In this document: one piece after another, positions 38,800 to 47,314 of the stretch
How the letters are laid out: every line of letters starts with the position of its first letter
Numbering within the stretch: the stretch's first letter is position 1
Source: an uncultured Planctomycetota bacterium
Lineage (GTDB): Bacteria; Planctomycetota; Phycisphaerae; Tepidisphaerales; Tepidisphaeraceae
Length of the DNA stretch: 64,000 bases
Reading direction: 5' to 3'
NCBI GenBank assembly: GCA_963841915.1
Contig: CAWJEN010000005.1
Span: 1,056,001 to 1,120,000, forward strand
Position numbers and translations under genes: made by a program
The notes under the pieces: generated by a model
What the model saw: only the letters and a program-made list of their open reading frames with translations
What the model was told of the DNA's origin: nothing
Databases searched by the model: none

Positions 38800-40671
38800 T
38801 CAGACGGCAGCCGCCTCGGGCTCAGGCGTCTCGAACGAGCTTGCGTTCGATGAATCATTCGATTCGCCCGACTCGTCTTCCTCGTCCTCCATGCCGCCGC
38901 TGGCGACGACGTCGGCCTGGGCGACCTTGATGATCTCCTCAGCGGTTGTGACGCCTCGCACAACCTTGATGCGGCCGTCAGCCAGAAGCGATTTCATGCC
39001 GCTGCGAATCGCTGCCTGGCGAATCTTGTTCGTTGGGGCACGATCGAACGCGAGCGTGCGCAGCTCGTTGTTCATCTGCATCATCTCGAACACTGCCAAG
39101 CGGCCACGGAAGCCGGTGTTGCTGCAGTGCTCGCACCCGCGCGCTTTGTAAAGCGTCACATCCTTGAGGTCTTCCTTCTTGAAGCCGGCCAGACGCAACC
39201 ACTTCCAATCCGGATCGCTGTCGGGCTGCTTGCACTTCTCGCAGAGCGTTCGCACCAGCCGCTGGGCCATAACGGCCTGGATCGACGAAGCGACCAGGAA
39301 CGGCTTGACGCCCATGTCGATCAGACGCGTGATGGCCGACGGCGCGTCGTTCGTGTGCAGCGTGCTGAACACGAGGTGACCCGTCAGTGCCGCCTGGATG
39401 GCGATTTCTGCCACTTCGAGGTCGCGAATTTCGCCCACGAGAATGACGTTCGGTGCCTGACGCAACATGGACCGCAGCACGGCCTTAAATGTCAGGCCGA
39501 CGTTGTCACGGACCTGACACTGGTTGATGCCTGGGAAGTTGTATTCGACCGGGTCTTCGGCCGTGATGATCTTGCGGTCGGGGCGGTTGAGGACGTTGAG
39601 GGCACCGTAGAGCGTCGTGGTCTTACCCGAACCGGTCGGCCCGGTGACGAGGAAGATGCCGTTGGGCCGCCGGATGATCTTCTGAAACGTGGCGTTGTCT
39701 TCTTCCTCGAAGCCCATGTTCTCCAGGCCGATGCGGACGTTGTCGGGACGAAGAATACGGAGCACGACCGACTCGCCGTGGTAGGCCGGCAGGCACGAGA
39801 CGCGGAAGTCGATCTGCTGACCGTCGACGGTCATCTTGATGCGGCCGTCCTGGGGCAGCCGCTTTTCGGCGATGTCGACACCGGCCATGATCTTGATGCG
39901 GCTGATCATCGGGCCACGCATGCGGACCGGAATGTTGTCACGTTCGACGTTCTCGCCGTCGATGCGGTACCGCACGCGGACACGGTCCTTCATCGGCTCG
40001 ATGTGAATGTCGCTCGCCCGCCCGCGAACGGCCTCGGCGATGATCGCGTGCACCAGCTTGATGACGGGCGCCTGCGTCGGGTCGTCCATCACCTCTTCGC
40101 CGACGCCTGCCAAGTCGACGGAGCGGTCGACGGAGCGGTCGACCGACTTATCGACGGAACGGTCGACCGACTGGTCGAGGCTCTCGCGCAGCCGGTCGAC
40201 CGTGCGGTCCATCGTCTGGTCGATGGTGTTGGCCGCCGACTTGCTGAAGAGTTCGTCGATGACCGCCTTGATGCGGTCACGCGGGGCCAGCACCGGGCGG
40301 ATGTCCTTGCCCAGGCGGAACCGCAGGACGTCCTGGAGCTCCATGTCGAGCGGGTCGTGCAGGGCGATCCGCAGCTTGCCGTTCTCCGTGCCGAGCGGCA
40401 GGATCAGGTGCTTTTGCATCAAATCGTCCGGCACCGCGTTGATGGCACCGGGCGGAACGCTCGTCTTGTCGAGGTCGACGTACTCCATCCCCTGCTGGGC
40501 AGCGAGGGCCTTGTAGACGTTGGCGTCGGTGCACAGCTTGAGGTCGACGAGGGCTTCACCGACGCGGAAACGCTTCTTCTTGGCGTGTGCGAGGCCCTTT
40601 TCGACCTCTTTGACGTTGATGACGCCGAAGTCGACCAGGATCTCGCCGAGGCGCTTTTGCGACTTTGCCAT
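38800..40671 (-). CDS. pilB: PilB/GspE extension ATPase (copy 3) with DRSV-repeat linker
   Basis: RLGEILV N-terminus, ASDIHIEP, GPTGSGKTTT, LRQAPN, CEKC..GCEHC; GAGGAG upstream of ATG 40671. Confidence 0.92.
   Translation of the reverse strand: MAKSQKRLGEILVDFGVINVKEVEKGLAHAKKKRFRVGEALVDLKLCTDANVYKALAAQQGMEYVDLDKTSVPPGAINAVPDDLMQKHLILPLGTENGKLRIALHDPLDMELQDVLRFRLGKDIRPVLAPRDRIKAVIDELFSKSAANTIDQTMDRTVDRLRESLDQSVDRSVDKSVDRSVDRSVDLAGVGEEVMDDPTQAPVIKLVHAIIAEAVRGRASDIHIEPMKDRVRVRYRIDGENVERDNIPVRMRGPMISRIKIMAGVDIAEKRLPQDGRIKMTVDGQQIDFRVSCLPAYHGESVVLRILRPDNVRIGLENMGFEEEDNATFQKIIRRPNGIFLVTGPTGSGKTTTLYGALNVLNRPDRKIITAEDPVEYNFPGINQCQVRDNVGLTFKAVLRSMLRQAPNVILVGEIRDLEVAEIAIQAALTGHLVFSTLHTNDAPSAITRLIDMGVKPFLVASSIQAVMAQRLVRTLCEKCKQPDSDPDWKWLRLAGFKKEDLKDVTLYKARGCEHCSNTGFRGRLAVFEMMQMNNELRTLAFDRAPTNKIRQAAIRSGMKSLLADGRIKVVRGVTTAEEIIKVAQADVVASGGMEDEEDESGESNDSSNASSFETPEPEAAAV
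40114..40225 (-). repeat. Degenerate 12-bp tandem repeat encoding D-[RKQ]-[ST]-V tetrapeptides in pilB copy 3
   Basis: DQTM DRTV DRLR ESL DQSV DRSV DKSV DRSV DRSV D. Confidence 0.8.
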
Positions 40672-40800
40672 GTGCTCGTACTCCTCTAACAGGCCTTGCC
40701 GCGTAGGACACGCGACCGAATCGGTGGGATCACCATTGTAACCCGCCCGGCCGCAGCAGGGCAAGGTACGCCGATTCGGGCTCACCCGATAACGCAACAG

Positions 40801-40824
40801 GCCAAGCCACGTCCGTGGCTTGGC
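40801..40824 (-). terminator. Hairpin after PEP-CTERM gene
   Basis: GCCAAGCCAC-GTCC-GTGGCTTGGC, 10-bp stem. Confidence 0.55.
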
Positions 40825-40854
40825 TCTGATCAGTCTTCCAACGGTTCAGCGTGA

Positions 40855-41625
40855 TCAGCGACCGCGACGACGCAGCAAGATCATGCCCGCCATTCCGGCA
40901 ACCGCTGCCGTCGTCGGCTCGGGCACGACGGTGAACGAGATGCGGTAGATCGGCGTCGAGGCCGTCAGATTCGTGTCGAGCGTGTAGCCGGCCGGCGTGT
41001 CGACGCCGTCGAAGACGTCGAGCTCGCTGAAGTCGAAAGCGACCGTTCCACCTTCTTCGACCCGGTTGGCGTTGGTTCCGCCGACGACGAACGCACCGTT
41101 GGCCGGAATGGCGACCTCACTGTTGGCATCCCAAATTTCGGCGGCCGTTTGCGTGATCTCGCTGATGAGCAGGTTACCGGCGTCGTCAAACAGGCGGTAC
41201 TGCGTGGGGCTGTCGTTGCCGAGGAAGAGGTCGTTGCTCGGGATCACCATGTTGGCAAAGGTGAAGAACTCGTTGACGTCCGTATTGACGTCAAAGACGC
41301 CGGTCGCTGTTGCTCCGGGCAAGAGCGGGCCACCGTTAACAATGCTGCCGCGAACGGAGAAGGGCTCGGCGGTGGCGGCTTCGTCGAACCAGACGTCACC
41401 AACGCCACCCTCAGCGACGCTGATGATGCCTGCGCCCGGTGCGGCATTGATGTCGAATGCATCAAAAGTGCCGTTTCCGAAGACAACGCGGAGCGGGGCA
41501 AACGAGACGTCGTTGGCCGGGGCGAGGTTCTCGACCGTCACCTGAACCGGCACGGTCTGGGCGCTGGCGAAGGAAGGGACCGCCAGTGCGGCTGCGGCGA
41601 TGAGGCTTTTATTCAATTTGGGCAT
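40855..41625 (-). CDS. PEP-CTERM surface protein with spondin-like domain
   Basis: Signal peptide, VAEGG, MVIPSNDLFLG, WDANSE; C-terminal VPEP-TM-RRRGR. Confidence 0.85.
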   Translation of the reverse strand: MPKLNKSLIAAAALAVPSFASAQTVPVQVTVENLAPANDVSFAPLRVVFGNGTFDAFDINAAPGAGIISVAEGGVGDVWFDEAATAEPFSVRGSIVNGGPLLPGATATGVFDVNTDVNEFFTFANMVIPSNDLFLGNDSPTQYRLFDDAGNLLISEITQTAAEIWDANSEVAIPANGAFVVGGTNANRVEEGGTVAFDFSELDVFDGVDTPAGYTLDTNLTASTPIYRISFTVVPEPTTAAVAGMAGMILLRRRGR

Positions 41626-41747
41626 GTTCGTGGGCTTTGTGGTTCAAAACGGGGCAACGTCGTCGCCACCCTCGCCCGGTAATCGAACGATCTGGCTCCT
41701 CCTTTCATGACTTTGAGATTTCGCTAATTTCGCAGAGGTGACGGGCG

Positions 41748-41966
41748 TCACCTGTCGTCATGCCGCTCGCGGTACGCCTCGACCACCTCGTCCATGCGCT
41801 TCATTTGAACAGCACCTTTCTTGCACGGCTTGCAGATCGCGCGATGCAGCCGCTCGGCGATGCGTTCGGCACGACTGGCCTCGCCGTACCCGGCTTTGAG
41901 CCGGATTAGCTCCGCCTGCTCACAGCGGCAGGTCAGGATCAGGAGGATGTGACGGAGGGCGTCCAA
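41748..41966 (-). CDS. Small zinc-binding anti-sigma factor (ZAS/zf-HC2-like)
   Basis: 72 aa with CRC and HRAICKPC (HxxxCxxC); directly downstream of ECF sigma. Confidence 0.72.
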   Translation of the reverse strand: MDALRHILLILTCRCEQAELIRLKAGYGEASRAERIAERLHRAICKPCKKGAVQMKRMDEVVEAYRERHDDR

Positions 41967-41999
41967 CGGTCGTGTGCGTGAGCTGAGAAGGTGCTGTCG

Positions 42000-42554
42000 T
42001 TACGATGTGAAATGGGAGGCGAGTTCTTCGCGAAGCTTGAGGCGAGCGCGGTGGATGAGTGTCCACAAGTTACCTGCCGACACGCCAATGGCCATGCAGA
42101 CGGCCTCGGTCGGCTCGTTATCGAGCTCGCGGAGGACGAAGGCCTGCCGCATCTTCAAGGGCAGGCGATCGACGGCTGCGTCGAAGTCGCGCCAGAACTC
42201 TGCGGCCTGTGCCGACTCGGCCGGGTGTCCCGTCCAAGCCGCCGGTCGGGCGACATAGAAGCCGTCCCGGAAGACGCCGCTCGACTCGGACAGCAGCCGT
42301 GCCACGTCTTCTTCGACCCGATCGCTCACCGTCGATCGCCTGAGCCGGTCGACAATGCGACGTCGCAGCACGGTGAAGAGCCAGCCACGCCAATGCCCCG
42401 GCGGCTCTATGGCGCACGCCGATGCGAATGTCTCGGCCACCACCTCCTCTGCCGCGTCGGCATCGCCCAGTCGCCGCGTTGCGAAGGCGTGCAGCTCCGA
42501 CTCGTGGTCCTGCCATACCTCACCGAGCGGTCGTGTATCGACATCGGTCGGCAT
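42000..42554 (-). CDS. ECF RNA polymerase sigma factor
   Basis: AEEVVAETF, WLFTVLRRRIVD, AFVLRELD, NLWTLIHRARLKLRE. Confidence 0.9.
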   Translation of the reverse strand: MPTDVDTRPLGEVWQDHESELHAFATRRLGDADAAEEVVAETFASACAIEPPGHWRGWLFTVLRRRIVDRLRRSTVSDRVEEDVARLLSESSGVFRDGFYVARPAAWTGHPAESAQAAEFWRDFDAAVDRLPLKMRQAFVLRELDNEPTEAVCMAIGVSAGNLWTLIHRARLKLREELASHFTS

Positions 42555-42774
42555 GATCTTGAGAGCGTACCTCCCTGGTCGCAAGCTTCTGCCTCGGTAT
42601 CGAAGAGCTTCTACGAGCCTTTCACGTCCTCGCGAAATTCTATCTACCGGCACGCTCTGAGCACTCCAACCGAACCGCTGTGTTTAGATGGTCGTAAAAG
42701 TGTTCGGGGGTTGTCCCGACGTCCGGGCCGACCTTACCGTCTAGCTCACCTCCAACCCGCAAGACAAGACCACC

Positions 42775-43095
42775 ATGGCAGACCACGCCGCCGAAATCAC
42801 TGAGAGCAACTTTGACGAGGAAGTCATGCAGAGCGACAAGCCCGTGCTCCTCGACTTCTGGGCCGAGTGGTGCCCGCCTTGCAAGATGATCGCCCCGCAC
42901 GTGGATCAGCTTGCCGAGGAATACAAGGACAAGGTCAAGGTCGGCAAGGTCGACGTCGAGGCCAACCAGGCCCTGGCCAGCAAGTACGGCATCAGCTCGA
43001 TCCCGACCCTCATCATGTTCAAGGGTGGCGAGCCGGTGCAGACCATTCAGGGTGCCAACCTTCCGGCCATCAAAGAAGCCCTCGAGGGAGCCTGA
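42775..43095 (+). CDS. trxA: Thioredoxin
   Basis: LLDFWAEWCPPCKMIAP, YGISSIPTL. Confidence 0.95.
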   Translation: MADHAAEITESNFDEEVMQSDKPVLLDFWAEWCPPCKMIAPHVDQLAEEYKDKVKVGKVDVEANQALASKYGISSIPTLIMFKGGEPVQTIQGANLPAIKEALEGA

Positions 43096-43178
43096 GGGTT
43101 CGCGTCGCGAGTGATCAGCAGCGTCGTTCGAGAGGCTCGCTCGCGCTGCCGTACTTCTTCGCTCGATGTTCGCCTGAC

Positions 43179-44075
43179 ATGACTGCCACACGCGTTATCG
43201 CGGTGCACACGTTCCGAGAGGCCGTGTCGCAGCCGATCTACCCGCTCCTGCTCGTCGCCGGAGCGGTCATTCTTGGCGTATACGGGCTGTTGCCGTTCTT
43301 TACGCTCGGCGAAGACGTCGTGATGTTCAAGGCGGTTGGCCTCGACATCGTGGTAGCCGTCGCGTTGCTGCTCGGCCTCGTCGCGGCCAGTCGGACGGTG
43401 CACGACGAGATCGAGGACCGGACGATGCTCACGCTCATGAGCAAGCCCGTCGGTCGCGGCACCGTCATCTTCGGAAAGTTCCTGGGCCTGCTCGCCTCGA
43501 GCGGGCTCGTTATCGTCTTGCTGGGCGTGATCCTGGCGTTCCTGACGTGGCGGCGGATACCGGTCGACTTTGCCCTTGACCCCAGCCCGATCAAGACGAG
43601 CGACATCGCCGAGCTGCGAGGGCTCCGATCGATGCACCTGGCCGGCATCTGGCCACAGTTGGCCTTGGCATGGATGCAGGTCGGCGTGCTGATTGCAATC
43701 GCGGTGCTGGTGTCGACGCGGTTCGGGCTGTTCGTGAGCCTGCCGGCGTCGCTGGTACTGTACCTGGCGGGCAACCTGACGCCCTACCTGGCCGAAGCGT
43801 TCGCCGACGAGGGCATGGTGGCGTCGAGCGTGACCTTTGTCATCAGCACCGTGTTGCCGTTTTTGCGGGTCTTCGACCTGACCGAGTACACAATCTACGG
43901 CTCGATCGCGTTGCCGGGCTCTACGTGGTCCGACGACCCAAACGCCGCCCGGCTTGGGGCAATGTGGTGGTATGTCTTGGCGGCGGGCGGGTACTTCGTG
44001 GCTTACGTAGCGTTTCTGCTTTTCGCAGCCCGGTTGAGTTTTGCCACTCGTGACCTCGGCGGCAACGAAGGCTGA
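43179..44075 (+). CDS. ABC-2-type transporter permease (no ATPase adjacent)
   Basis: TFREAVSQP, DEIEDRTMLTLMSKPVGR..GKFLG, FATRDL; multiple TM helices. Confidence 0.8.
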   Translation: MTATRVIAVHTFREAVSQPIYPLLLVAGAVILGVYGLLPFFTLGEDVVMFKAVGLDIVVAVALLLGLVAASRTVHDEIEDRTMLTLMSKPVGRGTVIFGKFLGLLASSGLVIVLLGVILAFLTWRRIPVDFALDPSPIKTSDIAELRGLRSMHLAGIWPQLALAWMQVGVLIAIAVLVSTRFGLFVSLPASLVLYLAGNLTPYLAEAFADEGMVASSVTFVISTVLPFLRVFDLTEYTIYGSIALPGSTWSDDPNAARLGAMWWYVLAAGGYFVAYVAFLLFAARLSFATRDLGGNEG

Positions 44076-44105
44076 GACATCTGATCACGCCTCGGCGTGT
44101 GCTGA

Positions 44106-45077
44106 TTACGCCTCGGCATGTGCCGCCCGCTTTTCCTTCGGGCTCTCAGGCTGAGCATGTTTATCCGGGCGAATCGTCAGGCCGCTGTACTTGGCCCACA
44201 CCTGCGTCAGTTCAGCCCCGAAGAAGACGATGACGGCAGAGTAGTAGACCCAGACGAGCAGTACCACGATGCTGCCTGCAGCGCCGTAGTCGCTACCGAC
44301 GCCGCCTTTGGCGAGGTAGAGGCCGATCAGGAACTTGCCGACTGCGAAGAGCACGGCTGTCACCCCTGCCCCGAACCAGACGGCCTTCCAAGGAATGTTC
44401 ACGTCAGGCAGGAACTTGAAGATCAAGCCGAACAGTGCGACGTAGATCGCGATCGAGATCACGAAGTTGAAGATTTTCCAGATCGTTCCACCGCCATCGC
44501 CGAAGACGGCGCTGATGATGCCGGTCACCGCGAGCGTCACAAGCAGCAGGAAGAGAATGGCAAAGATGACGCCGATGCTGAGCATCCGCTTTCGCAGCCA
44601 GCCCATCATGCCCGCGCCGGGAACGGGCTCGACGTCCCAAATCTTGTTGAGCGCGCCTTGTAGCTGGGCAAAGACGCCGCTGGCACTCCAGACGATGGCG
44701 CCGATGCCGAGTAGCCCGGCAAACATTCCCAAGCCCCCGCCCTTGACTTGGTCCATCTGGTTTGGCGACGCCTCGCCGCTCTGCTCAACTCCTTCTGCCT
44801 GTTCTTCACCGTCGTCCATGACCTGATCAATCGTGGCCCCGACTCCCGGTCCCATGAGGGAGCTGACCTGGTCGACAACCCGTTGCTTGGCGTCGTCGCC
44901 GATGAGACCACCGACGATGAGCGTGACGAGCACGATCAGCGGGGCGAACGACAGGGCGGTGTAGTACGCGATGGCCGCCGCCTGGGTGAGCGCTTCGTCC
45001 TCCAGAAAGTCGTTGACCGTCTCCTTCAAGGCGGCGAAGGTGTACGGGCTCTGGTTGGCTTTGGGTTGGTCGGTCAT
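44106..45077 (-). CDS. YihY/BrkB-family membrane protein
   Basis: AAAIAYYTALSFAP, LNKIW, FKFLPD, YGAAGS..WVYYSA..FGAE. Confidence 0.92.
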   Translation of the reverse strand: MTDQPKANQSPYTFAALKETVNDFLEDEALTQAAAIAYYTALSFAPLIVLVTLIVGGLIGDDAKQRVVDQVSSLMGPGVGATIDQVMDDGEEQAEGVEQSGEASPNQMDQVKGGGLGMFAGLLGIGAIVWSASGVFAQLQGALNKIWDVEPVPGAGMMGWLRKRMLSIGVIFAILFLLLVTLAVTGIISAVFGDGGGTIWKIFNFVISIAIYVALFGLIFKFLPDVNIPWKAVWFGAGVTAVLFAVGKFLIGLYLAKGGVGSDYGAAGSIVVLLVWVYYSAVIVFFGAELTQVWAKYSGLTIRPDKHAQPESPKEKRAAHAEA

Positions 45078-45126
45078 CAGCGGCCGACGCTAGCGCGACG
45101 CTGGTCCGGCGCGCTGCGCTTTTGCA

Positions 45127-46671
45127 ATGGATGTATGGCCGTCAGTCCTACGGTCGCGGCCCGTCGTGTCGTCCCTCCAACGTTTCAGCCACTCGCTCGC
45201 CTCCGTCAGCCCGCGCCGCCAGCCCTTCATGGTTCGGCGGAACTACGCCTACGAGCTCAAGAGCGCCGTCACCTTCCCACTGGCCGCGGCGTTGGGCGAA
45301 GGAACGTTCACGGGCGTGGTCGCCAGCAAGTACTTCAACGCCGGCCCGCTGCTGATCGCCGTCATCACGGCCGCCCCGATGTTCGGAAACATCCTGGCGC
45401 TGCTCTGGAGCGAGTTGGCCGAAAGCCAGCCCAAAGTCCGCTTCATCAACGGCCTGCAGATCGCGCTCGTCGCCGTCACTGCGCTCGTCGGCCTGACGTG
45501 GTTCATCCCAATCGAAAGCGGCTTGGCGGGCGTCACCTTCGCCGCGATCATCATCGTGGCTCGTGTGCTGGCCAGCGGGATTATCACGCTCCGCAGTGCC
45601 GTGTGGCGGCTCAACTACCCGCGCAACCTGCGGGCACAAATCATCGGTCGCATCAACGGCGTCTACAACACCGTTCTGGCCGGCATGGTCCTGGCGGCAG
45701 CGTTCGCATTGGACGCGCGGCCGGGCATTTACGCGATTCTGTACCCGGTGGTTGCCGCCGTCTCACTGTTCGGCGTGCTGCAATTCAGCCGCATTCGCGT
45801 TCGCGGCGAAGGGGCTTTGCTCAAGCGGGCGAAACTCGTCGCTGCCGGCGCGTCGGCCGACCCGAGCATTGAAAGCGGCGGGGCACCGGTTCTTGATTAT
45901 TCCGTCACGGTGCGCGACCGCGTCGCCGGCAGTGCCGTCGGTCGCCTCACGCAGCGCATCGTCGATGCCTTCGAACTACTCGCCGATGACAGAATCTTCC
46001 GCGAGTACCAGTGGTGGCAGTTCATCCTGGGCTCGAGCTTCATGGTGATGTTCCCGTCGCTCATCCACGTCGTCAGTTCGGAGATGACGAATCCCAAGAC
46101 GCAGTACGTGCTGGCAATTCTCGTCGTGCAATTTGTGCCGATGGTGACAGGCGTCGTCTTTTTACAGCTGTGGGCACCCCTCTTCGATCGCGTCGACCTG
46201 CTGACCTTCAGACTTTGGATCGGCGTGGCCGCGCTGGTGTCGCACGTGTTGATCCTCGTCGGTGCAGTCACGAACTCTCTTGCCATCGTCGCCGTCGGCA
46301 CCTTTGCGGTCGGCATCTCGATGGGCGGCGGTCAACTCGCGTGGCAGCTCGGGCAAAATGCCTTCGCCACCAAGGAAAACGTCGGCCGCTACATGGGCCT
46401 GCACGTCATGCTCACCGGGCTGCGTGGCATGTTCGCACCCTTCGTCGGCGTCGGCATCTATCACCTGCTCAGCCGCTACATCTCGACCAGTGGCTTCGAC
46501 GGCGCGCCCGGTGGGCGATGGGTCTTCGCCGCCTCGGTCATACTGGCCACGGTGGCCCTCTTCGGTTACGTCAGCATGAGGCGGCGGTACAAGGACGAAC
46601 TGATGGGTCGCGACGAGGACGGACCGGCTTCTGGCAAAGGCCCGCTTACTGCCGTACCTTCGACCGCGTGA
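45127..46671 (+). CDS. MFS-type transporter
   Basis: About 12 TM segments in two halves; RYMGLHVMLTGLRG; start uncertain. Confidence 0.75.
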   Translation: MDVWPSVLRSRPVVSSLQRFSHSLASVSPRRQPFMVRRNYAYELKSAVTFPLAAALGEGTFTGVVASKYFNAGPLLIAVITAAPMFGNILALLWSELAESQPKVRFINGLQIALVAVTALVGLTWFIPIESGLAGVTFAAIIIVARVLASGIITLRSAVWRLNYPRNLRAQIIGRINGVYNTVLAGMVLAAAFALDARPGIYAILYPVVAAVSLFGVLQFSRIRVRGEGALLKRAKLVAAGASADPSIESGGAPVLDYSVTVRDRVAGSAVGRLTQRIVDAFELLADDRIFREYQWWQFILGSSFMVMFPSLIHVVSSEMTNPKTQYVLAILVVQFVPMVTGVVFLQLWAPLFDRVDLLTFRLWIGVAALVSHVLILVGAVTNSLAIVAVGTFAVGISMGGGQLAWQLGQNAFATKENVGRYMGLHVMLTGLRGMFAPFVGVGIYHLLSRYISTSGFDGAPGGRWVFAASVILATVALFGYVSMRRRYKDELMGRDEDGPASGKGPLTAVPSTA

Positions 46672-47198
46672 AACGGATCGGGGGCAAGGTCAGAGTCGCG
46701 CTGGTTCTCGTTGCCGTCTGCGGCTTTGCGATCTACCACGTCATACGTCCGCAACAGCCGGTGCCCGGTCGCTCGTCTAACGTCGTCGAAGCGGTCGAGG
46801 GCGAGGTCATCCTGCTGGACGTCAAGGGGACGATCTGCCGAATCCGCCTGACCGGCGTTGTTGCCGTCGACGGGGCGGAGGCGGTCATTCGCCGATTTGC
46901 CGACGAAGGCCCGATCCGTCTTCTGAGCGAGCCGGTACCACAGCGCGAGGAGTCGGGCGACCTGCTGGCCTACGTCTACCACGAGCAAGGGGGCCTGACG
47001 CTCAATGAGCGACTTGTCGCCGAAGGGGTCGCCTTTGCCGAGAGGCGGCACGATTATGCCTACGCCCCGACTCTGATCGGCCTCGAATCCGAGGCACGAC
47101 GTCAGCGGGTGGGAATGTGGTCTGCGATGCCGCAGGATCCACCGATGCCACGATGGCGGCGGGTATGGCTTGATGCACAACGGGCGACGCGTCGCTAA
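46668..47198 (+). CDS. Thermonuclease (SNase)-like membrane-anchored protein
   Basis: IRLTGV, LLAYVY, LNERLVAEGVA, EARRQRVGMW; GTGA overlap with MFS stop. Confidence 0.75.
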   Translation: MKRIGGKVRVALVLVAVCGFAIYHVIRPQQPVPGRSSNVVEAVEGEVILLDVKGTICRIRLTGVVAVDGAEAVIRRFADEGPIRLLSEPVPQREESGDLLAYVYHEQGGLTLNERLVAEGVAFAERRHDYAYAPTLIGLESEARRQRVGMWSAMPQDPPMPRWRRVWLDAQRATRR

Positions 47199-47250
47199 GC
47201 ACGGCTGGCCTCGGGATGACGAAGGACGTGTCGCCGGTTCGTGCCTCTAG

Positions 47251-47291
47251 AAAGAAGAAAAGCGTCCCGGACCATGCGGTACGGGACGCTT
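47251..47291 (-). terminator. Intrinsic terminator after xerC
   Basis: AAGCGTCCCG...CGGGACGCTT stem with A-tract at 47251-47261 (U-tract on minus strand). Confidence 0.7.
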
Positions 47292-47314
47292 GACGTTCAG
47301 GAGGTGCCGTTCGA

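Noticed and set aside
39127..40689. Long plus-strand ORFs opposite pilB, xerC, rho, wzm and others
   Set aside because: Antisense shadow ORFs typical of high-GC coding DNA, with no recognisable motifs.
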